The notes under the pieces were generated by a model that was given only the letters and a program-made list of their open reading frames with translations, ran no database searches and was not told where the DNA came from. The position numbers and the translations under genes were made by a program. 64,000 nucleotides of DNA, from positions 74,487 through 138,486 of the forward strand of contig CAWJEP010000001.1 in assembly GCA_963841935.1 (NCBI GenBank). Direction: 5' to 3'. Source of the DNA: an uncultured bacterium. Lineage in GTDB: Bacteria; Patescibacteriota; Minisyncoccia; Phycocordibacterales; UBA6065. The first letter of the stretch is position 1. Each line of letters opens with the position of its first letter. Positions 52,827-59,297 of the stretch are shown piece by piece.

Positions 52827-52994
52827 ATGAAATGCACGTGTCCTGAATGCAAAAACGAAATAGAACTTTCGCGATACCCGAAACTCGCCGCCGGTCACAC
52901 GATAGAATGCGGCAGTTGCGGCATACTTCTTCAAATAAAAAATATTTCGAAAGACGGAATTGTGGAAACGGAAATCATTGACGAAGGAAAGTAG
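52827..52994 (+). CDS. small zinc-ribbon protein, LysW-like (amino-group carrier protein fold?)
   Basis: The sequence MKCTCPECKNEIELSRYPKLAAGHTIECGSCGILLQIKNISKDGIVETEIIDEGK has the CPEC...(G)E.IECG.CG..L pattern of LysW/ArgW-type ribbons. It lacks the canonical EDWGE C-terminus. Confidence 0.35.
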   Translation: MKCTCPECKNEIELSRYPKLAAGHTIECGSCGILLQIKNISKDGIVETEIIDEGK

Positions 52995-52997
52995 CGC

Positions 52998-54494
52998 TTA
53001 AACTTTCGCCAGCTTTTTTACCGTTTCCTCAATCATTCCTCTAAAGCCGTGAGAGCCCAAGAACGCGATACAGCCGTTTTCGTCAGGATTTTTCGTTATT
53101 TCTTCCACGAGTTTCGCGTCATCGTCAACGTAAATGACGTTTTTGTGAGTTTTTGAAATGATTTTCGCCAGTCCGTCGCCTTCAAAAGTCTTTTGAGGAT
53201 TTTCTTCGTCAACTTTGAGTTTCGTAAGTTTGGGAATGACGACAAGGTCGGCGTTTTCGAAAGCGCCGCCGTAGGACGGCGCGGATTCTTTCGTGCGATT
53301 GCCGGTGTTTGGTTCATACACGGCGGTGATTTTGCCTTTGTAGATTTCACGCAAGTTTTTCAGTACGGATTTCACTTTTTCCGGAGAGTGAGCTATATCG
53401 TCAATGACCGTTATGCCGTGTTCATATCTTTTCTCCATACGGCGCTTCATCCCTTTGAAAGTTTTTATGGCGTCGGTGATATCTCCAGGCGCGATGCCAA
53501 TTTCTTTCGCCATGGCAAAACAACCCGTTATGTTTTCCGCGTTGTAGGCACCGAGCAGGGGGCTTTTTATTTTGTATTTTTTCCCGTGATAATCAATGTC
53601 AAACTCAATGCCGTCTTTTGATTGCCTAATATTTTCATAACGATACGTCGCGTCTTCTTTTTTGCCGTAGGTAACGGGCGAAGGAAGCGGCATTTGCGAA
53701 TTTTCAACTGTTTGAGCATTCATCTGATTTGGCGAGTTTTGAAAATTCGCAAATGCCGCCTTCCGGGCCTCTTCGTTATCTGCGCATACTACGATTTTTC
53801 CGTTTTCCGGAATCATTTTCAGAAGTTTCTCGAAAGCCGAGAAATACGACTCTTCCGTCGGATACATATCGGCGTGGTCCCAAGATACGGCGGTGAGCAG
53901 GAGGTGCGTCGGCTTGTAATGAAAAAATTTCGCTTCATTGTCCCATTTTGCCGTTTTGTATTCGTCGCCTTCGACCACGCTCCAACTCCCTGAATCAATA
54001 GCCGCCGACGGTGCACCGTCTTGCGTCAATCCGCCAATCATGTATGACGGATGCATTTTCGCGTGTTTCAAAATATGCGAAAGAAGCGCGCTCGAAGTCG
54101 TCTTGCCCCAAGTGCCGGTGCAGACGATTGAATTTTTCTTTATCAAAACTTCCCCGATGATTTCCGGAAATGATTTAAACGGAATTTTATTTTCTTGCGC
54201 GTAAACGAATTCCGGATTCGTCGAACCGATGGCGTTACCCACGACGACGAGGTCCGGCACGCCGTCAGCGATCATTTTTTCCGGATGCCAGCCGCTATAG
54301 TAGGGAATGCCGATGTTTTTCAAATGCGTCGAAACCGGCGGGAAAAATCCGGCGTCGCTTCCGGTGACTTTCCATCCTTTTTGCCAAAGCGCCGTCGCGA
54401 CGGCGCTCATAGCCACGCCGCAAATGCCTATAAAATGGACCCGCCTCGACTCGACGCCTTCGGCGAGGCGGGCTTTTTTAGTTACCGATTTCAT
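52998..54494 (-). CDS. murC: UDP-N-acetylmuramate--L-alanine ligase (MurC/Mpl-like)
   Basis: The N-terminal Rossmann region is HFIGICGVAMSAVATALWQKGWKVTGSD and the P-loop is CTGTWGKTTSSALL. The start is taken at MKSVTKK (54494); the listed ORF is longer. The N-terminal codons contain palindromic repeat copy 2. Confidence 0.85.
   Translation of the reverse strand: MKSVTKKARLAEGVESRRVHFIGICGVAMSAVATALWQKGWKVTGSDAGFFPPVSTHLKNIGIPYYSGWHPEKMIADGVPDLVVVGNAIGSTNPEFVYAQENKIPFKSFPEIIGEVLIKKNSIVCTGTWGKTTSSALLSHILKHAKMHPSYMIGGLTQDGAPSAAIDSGSWSVVEGDEYKTAKWDNEAKFFHYKPTHLLLTAVSWDHADMYPTEESYFSAFEKLLKMIPENGKIVVCADNEEARKAAFANFQNSPNQMNAQTVENSQMPLPSPVTYGKKEDATYRYENIRQSKDGIEFDIDYHGKKYKIKSPLLGAYNAENITGCFAMAKEIGIAPGDITDAIKTFKGMKRRMEKRYEHGITVIDDIAHSPEKVKSVLKNLREIYKGKITAVYEPNTGNRTKESAPSYGGAFENADLVVIPKLTKLKVDEENPQKTFEGDGLAKIISKTHKNVIYVDDDAKLVEEITKNPDENGCIAFLGSHGFRGMIEETVKKLAKV
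54440..54472. repeat. GC-rich palindromic repeat, copy 2 (cccgcctcgactcgacgccttcggcgaggcggg), followed by TTTTTT on the + strand; inside the murC N-terminal codons
   Basis: It is identical to copy 1 except for one position. It encodes ARLAEGVESRRV in murC (minus strand). Confidence 0.8.
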
Positions 54495-55180
54495 TGGAGT
54501 GTAAGTATAACCTTTAGCGGCTCGATATCTGTTCGCCACCCGCCTCGCGTTGACAAGTCTCCGCGAGTCGAGGCGGGTTTTTCGCCGTCGAACCACTCTC
54601 CTCCGCGGAATTGAAGTTTATATGTATCGCTCGAGCGTTGAAGTGAGCCGAGATAAATATATTTTTTGCCGAGTTCTTTCGCACGCTCGATGGCTATTAT
54701 CATCATGCCAAGTCCACGCGACGGTTCCCGGGGATTTTCCATATAGAATGGATAGCTATAGTGAGAAATGTTTTTTGTTTCAAAACATATCGCGTAGCCG
54801 ATAGTTTTTTTCTCCTCCGTGTAGATCAGAAATTTATTAAAGTTCGAAGCGTCTCTGTCGGTAAGCAACTCTTTTATTTTGTTTGCGGAAAAAACGGCGT
54901 TGCGTTTTTCGTAAAAATCTTTTGCGAGTTTACTGATAGACCAATCATAATTTTCGTAAGGAATTTTCGCGGTCGAAAGGGAAATATTTTCCGATTTTTT
55001 CGCCACGCGCCTGTTCTCACTCGTCATTTCGAATTTCGAAAGGTCTACTCGGAAACTTCGCGTCTTATTCATCACGCCTTTGCCCACGCGGGTGAAAACA
55101 TACCCGGCGTCATACATTTTCTCGATGTTTTCCGCCGAAAAATCGGTAATTATTTTCGTGTCCCAGTTGAGGTACGGCAT
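54491..55180 (-). CDS. aminoacyl-tRNA--protein transferase-family protein (Bpt/ATE C-terminal domain-like, GNAT fold)
   Basis: The C-terminal block GLGMMIIAIERAKELGKKYIYLGSLQRSSDTYKLQFRGGEWFDGE resembles the ATE_C/Bpt signature (...AKELGLPYVYLGYWI..S.KM.YK..F.P.E...G.W). Its 3' end contains palindrome copy 3. Confidence 0.5.
   Translation of the reverse strand: MPYLNWDTKIITDFSAENIEKMYDAGYVFTRVGKGVMNKTRSFRVDLSKFEMTSENRRVAKKSENISLSTAKIPYENYDWSISKLAKDFYEKRNAVFSANKIKELLTDRDASNFNKFLIYTEEKKTIGYAICFETKNISHYSYPFYMENPREPSRGLGMMIIAIERAKELGKKYIYLGSLQRSSDTYKLQFRGGEWFDGEKPASTRGDLSTRGGWRTDIEPLKVILTLQ
54539..54577. repeat. GC-rich palindromic repeat, copy 3 (cccgcctcgcgttgacaagtctccgcgagtcgaggcggg), followed by TTTTT; in the 3' end of the bpt-like gene, 45-85 nt upstream of the murC start
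   Basis: It has the same terminal arms CCCGCCTCG/CGAGGCGGG, extended to CCCGCCTCGACTCGCG in inverted orientation. It encodes PASTRGDLSTRGG. Confidence 0.75.
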
Positions 55181-55184
55181 AGCA

Positions 55185-56321
55185 TTAATGAAGCGCTATC
55201 CAGATACCGAGAAGAACGAAAGCTAAATGAATAACCCAGAAACGCATTATCGTTTTCTCCTCGCTCCAGCCTAAAAGTTCGAAATGATGATGAAGCGGCG
55301 CCATCTTGAATATTCGTCTGCCGAAAAAAACGCGACCGATGACTTGGACGACGACGGAAAGCGCCTCGACATAAAACATAAAGGCAATGAACGGAAGAAT
55401 TGCCATAGCGTTGATGACCAAAGCGTTTATGGCGAGAAGCGTGCCTAGCGCAAGCGACCCCACGTCGCCCATTTGGAATTTAGCGGGCTTGACGTTGAAG
55501 AACGTGTACGCGACCAAAGCTCCGGCCGTGACGGCATTCAGTATCGCAAGCGGTCCATAGCCGAAGATGGCGCTCAAAAACGAAAGGGCGATAAATGTCG
55601 GAATGAGCATGCCGCCGGCGAGACCATCCATGCCGTCGGAAATGTTCACGGCGTTTGCGGTAAACATCACGACGATTATGATGAGCGGAATAATCCAAGC
55701 GCCGATATTTAGAAATCCGTGAAAGGGGATGTAAATTTCTTTCCATGTTTCTCCTAGTTTGAAGTAAATCCACCAAGCGGTAATGGCGCCGGCGGCGAAT
55801 TGCAGGAGCAATTTTTCGTGCGCGTGGACGCCCGTGCCGCGCTTACTGCCAAACGACGAAGCAAAAGTCTTGAAAGCGGCCCACGGCAAGACGAGAGCGT
55901 ACCAGATTCTCGCCAAAATATTTTTATGGACGCGGACTAGTATTAATGTTTGCCGAAAAGACCTGTCGCGGCGTTTTCTTCCGAGGACGGAGAACATATC
56001 GTCTAGCGCCCCGAGGACCGCGGCGATAAGCATGCCGCCTATCGGTACCCACGTAAATTGTCTATTCCAGTTAAAAAGAAAAGTCAGAAGTCCGACGGAA
56101 AGAACGACGATAAGTCCGCCCATAATCGGCGTGTGAGCTTTACTTGAACGGCCGTCAATGCCAAGAGTCGGGTCCGCTTGGCCGTTCGTTCGCCAGATTT
56201 TGAAATGGTAAAGAAAAGCTACGACAATAGGCGTCAAAAGCAGACTCACAAAAAGTCCAAGCAGGCCGAAACCTATGGTGTGAGAAACTACGGCAATCTG
56301 TTCTGGAGAGAATTCGGACAT
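55185..56321 (-). CDS. mraY: phospho-N-acetylmuramoyl-pentapeptide transferase MraY
   Basis: The motifs are HTPIMGGLIVV, NAVNISDGMDGLAGG, MGDVGSLALG and HHHFEL, in a 10-TM protein. Confidence 0.9.
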   Translation of the reverse strand: MSEFSPEQIAVVSHTIGFGLLGLFVSLLLTPIVVAFLYHFKIWRTNGQADPTLGIDGRSSKAHTPIMGGLIVVLSVGLLTFLFNWNRQFTWVPIGGMLIAAVLGALDDMFSVLGRKRRDRSFRQTLILVRVHKNILARIWYALVLPWAAFKTFASSFGSKRGTGVHAHEKLLLQFAAGAITAWWIYFKLGETWKEIYIPFHGFLNIGAWIIPLIIIVVMFTANAVNISDGMDGLAGGMLIPTFIALSFLSAIFGYGPLAILNAVTAGALVAYTFFNVKPAKFQMGDVGSLALGTLLAINALVINAMAILPFIAFMFYVEALSVVVQVIGRVFFGRRIFKMAPLHHHFELLGWSEEKTIMRFWVIHLAFVLLGIWIALH

Positions 56322-56335
56322 AAATGAAGTCTAAA

Positions 56336-57099
56336 TCAGCTTTCGAGAGCCCGCAAACGACGAATGGAAATATCTTTGGCTTCCGAAGAGGACACGAAAG
56401 TGTAATTCTCTTTTCCAGTTTTGTCTTTTTCCGTCCAAACGCCGTTCACTATAGGTTCGTTATTTTTTACGAAAATCGTTCCGCGCCTGACGCCATGATT
56501 GTATAGTCCGTCAGAAGGCCACATATACGAGTGAACGTAATTTATTTTTTTCGCGTCGTTCAAAACCTCGACGGACTCGACGACCATCATATGATTGTAT
56601 TTTTTTTCTGGACCCGTACCGATGACCGAGATGAAATCTCCGGCTTCCACCGCGGATTCCGACACGGCGTTTGAATTCCGACTGTGGGAGAAGTCGAGAC
56701 GCCCGTGTTTTCCGCCGGACGAAGCCAATGTTTTAATTTTCTTTTGAAACCGCTCCACGGTTTTACCGACGAAGACAATTTCTTTCCGGTTTTTGCGGAT
56801 ATTTCCACCGAAAGGACGTGGTAAGCGAAGCCGGAGCAATCGACGCCGAGATTGTGCTCGACGAGAAACTTTTTCAATGCCGCGGAGTCCATTTTTTTTA
56901 TGCCGGCGCGGTCTCGGATAGAAAACATCTCCGCCTCCTCGGCGATTTCTTCTGGGCGCCCTTTGCCGACGAGGGCGCGTAGACCAGCTCGGATTTTCGT
57001 CCGGCGGTTGTTGAAATACGGCGTCTGACACCCCGCTCCGATGGGGAGAGACAAGTATTTTTCCACGACTTTTTGGGCTTCGGAAGATAGGATGTTCAT
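56336..57099 (-). pseudogene. NlpC/P60-family cysteine peptidase (cell-wall hydrolase-like), split by a frameshift near 56760
   Basis: The N-part (frame of 56587..57099) contains the catalytic Cys motif NLGVDCSGFAYHVL. The C-part (frame of 56336..57031) contains GDFISVIGTGPEKKYNHMMVVESV with His and downstream polar residues. The two frames overlap over about 56587-57031. This is either an authentic pseudogene or a sequencing error. Confidence 0.5.
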
Positions 57100-58283
57100 T
57101 TTTTGAAAATTATTGAAGAAATTTCTTCTCCAACGGAATTGAGTTTTCCGTGTTTTTCCATAATACCCTTGTCGGAGCGGACGCGCGATAGGTCGGCGTT
57201 GTGCTCGGTATTTTCGTATTCGATAAAGGAAAATCCAGCCTCGGGAAGCCGCTCAACAGGGACGGGGTGATTTTCCTGCTTCGCTTTTATTCTCAAAACT
57301 ATTTGCGCCCCATCTTTTATTTTTTGAATCTCGCTTACGTTTTCGCCGAGTAGCGCTTTTATATGAGCTTCAAAAGTCGTCATATTTTTTCCGGCGGCTT
57401 TTTGCAAGATGGATTCGCATGTCGTAGATGCCGGCTGGCGCGCGTTTATCTCAAGCAGATATATTTTTCGTGATTTCTCGTCGAGAATGACATCAATACC
57501 GAAAAGCCCGCGCCAACCGTCTTTTTTCATTTTTTCTCCGACTTTCTCCGCTATTCCAAAAATATTTTCTTTTTCCTTGTCGGACAAAATTTTATTCGGC
57601 AATTTCCAATCGTTGCCGACCGTGGAAAAAGGGTTGTCCGTGAAATCGGGAAGGCCTGTGATCTGATAGCTTATGTTTGCCGGAAAGATTCCGTTTTTTG
57701 CCGCGATGACATTTAGCGTGAATGGAATACCTTCAATATAATCAGCCACACGCACGGGTCTTTTGGGAAATTTTGTTTTGAATTCGGAAAGTTTTTCTTT
57801 TGACTCGATGAGAAAAGTGCCTTCACCCGTGTGAGAAAAATTGAATTGGAGGATAAACGGTTTTTTGTAATCGATATCATCGAGAATTTTGATTTCGTTT
57901 TTCGGCATCAAGTCTGCCAATTGACCAAGCCATTTTGATTGGGAATTTTTTCCTTCGATTTCCGAGGCTTTGTCCGCCGATGGATTGAGAAGATTTAATT
58001 TTTGCTTGTTAACGGCTTCTTCCGCGCTTTGATTGCCGACAAAAACGACAACCGAAGCACCTTTGTCGTCTATGAATTTTTTTGTTTCGGCCAACAGAAG
58101 AATCCTGCTAGTCGGCAAGAGTTCATCACTTGACACCAAGTGAACATTTTTCGGATATTTGGCCTGAACCACCTTCCCATATTCCGTGTTGTTTGAAACA
58201 ACAAAGTAATTTCCGGCTGGTTCTACGCCCAAGGCGTGTTCAATATCGCGCGTCACATAGACGATAGGTTTGTCCCATTTCAT
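57096..58283 (-). CDS. ATP-grasp superfamily ligase (carboxylate-amine ligase)
   Basis: The ATP-grasp C-terminal signature is WRGLFGIDVILDEKSRKIYLLEINARQPAST. It is 395 aa and is the first gene of the operon ATP-grasp, NlpC/P60, mraY, bpt-like, murC. Confidence 0.65.
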   Translation of the reverse strand: MKWDKPIVYVTRDIEHALGVEPAGNYFVVSNNTEYGKVVQAKYPKNVHLVSSDELLPTSRILLLAETKKFIDDKGASVVVFVGNQSAEEAVNKQKLNLLNPSADKASEIEGKNSQSKWLGQLADLMPKNEIKILDDIDYKKPFILQFNFSHTGEGTFLIESKEKLSEFKTKFPKRPVRVADYIEGIPFTLNVIAAKNGIFPANISYQITGLPDFTDNPFSTVGNDWKLPNKILSDKEKENIFGIAEKVGEKMKKDGWRGLFGIDVILDEKSRKIYLLEINARQPASTTCESILQKAAGKNMTTFEAHIKALLGENVSEIQKIKDGAQIVLRIKAKQENHPVPVERLPEAGFSFIEYENTEHNADLSRVRSDKGIMEKHGKLNSVGEEISSIIFKK

Positions 58284-58303
58284 CCCTCGTATGCTACCAA
58301 AAT

Positions 58304-59011
58304 ATGGCCAAAATGCTATTGTTCTTCAATATGAAAGGCAACCTATATATTGTCGCCACGCCGATTGGGAATCTCGAAGATATGACTTTTCGCGCGGTTA
58401 GGATTCTTTCCGAAGCAGATTTGATTTTGTGCGAAGACACGCGTGTCACGGCGAAACTTTTGGCAAAATACGAAATCAAGAAAAGCTTGCGTCGTTTTGA
58501 CGCGCACTCAAGCGAAAGCGGCAGAGAAGCGATAATCGAACTTTTGCGCGAGGGAAAAAATATCGCTCTCGTGACCGACGCCGGCACGCCGGGGATTTCC
58601 GACCCCGCGTCGCTTCTAGTGGAGGAAATCAGGCGAGAGTTTGGAGCCGAGGCGCCAGTCGTTCCGATTCCAGGCGCCTCGGCTCTCACGACGGCGCTTT
58701 CCGCCTCCGGCGTGCCGGCGTCGGATTTTCTTTTCTTGGGGTTTTTGCCGCACAAAAAAGGCAGACAGACACTCATGAAAGAAATCGCCGAATCAAAAAG
58801 AGCTGTGGTTTTTTACGAGTCGCCGCATCGTATTATGAAAGCTCTCAATGAGCTCGACTTGGTCGTACCCGAAAGCAAAATTATTATTGCGCGCGAACTT
58901 ACAAAGATTTACGAGGAATATATTTCCGGCACGCCGAGAGAGATAATAAAAATACTTACAGATACGCCTGAGAAGCAAAGAGGGGAATTTGTTGTTATAA
59001 TCTCCGCATGA
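58304..59011 (+). CDS. rsmI: 16S rRNA (cytidine1402-2'-O)-methyltransferase RsmI
   Basis: The motifs GNLYIVATPIGNLEDMTFRAVRIL and LILCEDTR form a tetrapyrrole-methylase fold. The start may be the internal Met at 58331. Confidence 0.85.
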   Translation: MAKMLLFFNMKGNLYIVATPIGNLEDMTFRAVRILSEADLILCEDTRVTAKLLAKYEIKKSLRRFDAHSSESGREAIIELLREGKNIALVTDAGTPGISDPASLLVEEIRREFGAEAPVVPIPGASALTTALSASGVPASDFLFLGFLPHKKGRQTLMKEIAESKRAVVFYESPHRIMKALNELDLVVPESKIIIARELTKIYEEYISGTPREIIKILTDTPEKQRGEFVVIISA

Positions 59012-59220
59012 TCAAACAATCGCTCATATCCGGAATATTGCTCGTCATTTTGCCGCTTTTGGGTATTCCAAACGAATGGAAAACATACGCTTATGTGATT
59101 GTCGGGCTTTGTTTTATCGGTCGTTTTATTTATGAAAAAAGAGCCATCTTCGAAAAATATTTTGGACAAAAGCCGAACATATCGGTAGAGTCCAATACGG
59201 AAACAACGGCGTCCAATTAA
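59008..59220 (+). CDS. small two-TM membrane protein (70 aa)
   Basis: It overlaps the rsmI stop by 4 nt. The hydrophobic segments are ILLVILPLLGI and YAYVIVGLCFIG. Confidence 0.4.
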   Translation: MIKQSLISGILLVILPLLGIPNEWKTYAYVIVGLCFIGRFIYEKRAIFEKYFGQKPNISVESNTETTASN

Positions 59221-59223
59221 CAC

Positions 59224-59297
59224 CCGCCCTTAGCTCAGTTGGTTAGAGCATCGAGCTTATACCTCGAGGGTCCTTGGTTCGAGTCCAAGAGGGCGGA
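59224..59297 (+). tRNA. tRNA-Ile (anticodon UAU), AUA-decoding isoacceptor encoded directly with T34
   Basis: Acceptor CCGCCCT/AGGGCGG, D-arm GCTC-AGTTGGTTA-GAGC, perfect anticodon stem TCGAG/CTCGA with loop CTTATAC, variable GGGTC, T-arm CTTGG-TTCGAGT-CCAAG, discriminator A. The body resembles the tRNA-Ile(GAU) at 49831. Confidence 0.65.

Noticed and set aside
56840-57031. Arg-rich N-terminal segment (RPRRQRAPRRNRRGGG...) of the listed 231-aa ORF, which looks like a nucleic-acid-binding tail.
   Set aside because: It is the wrong-frame translation of the 5' half of the NlpC/P60 gene, and the Cys-box-containing frame is the real one.
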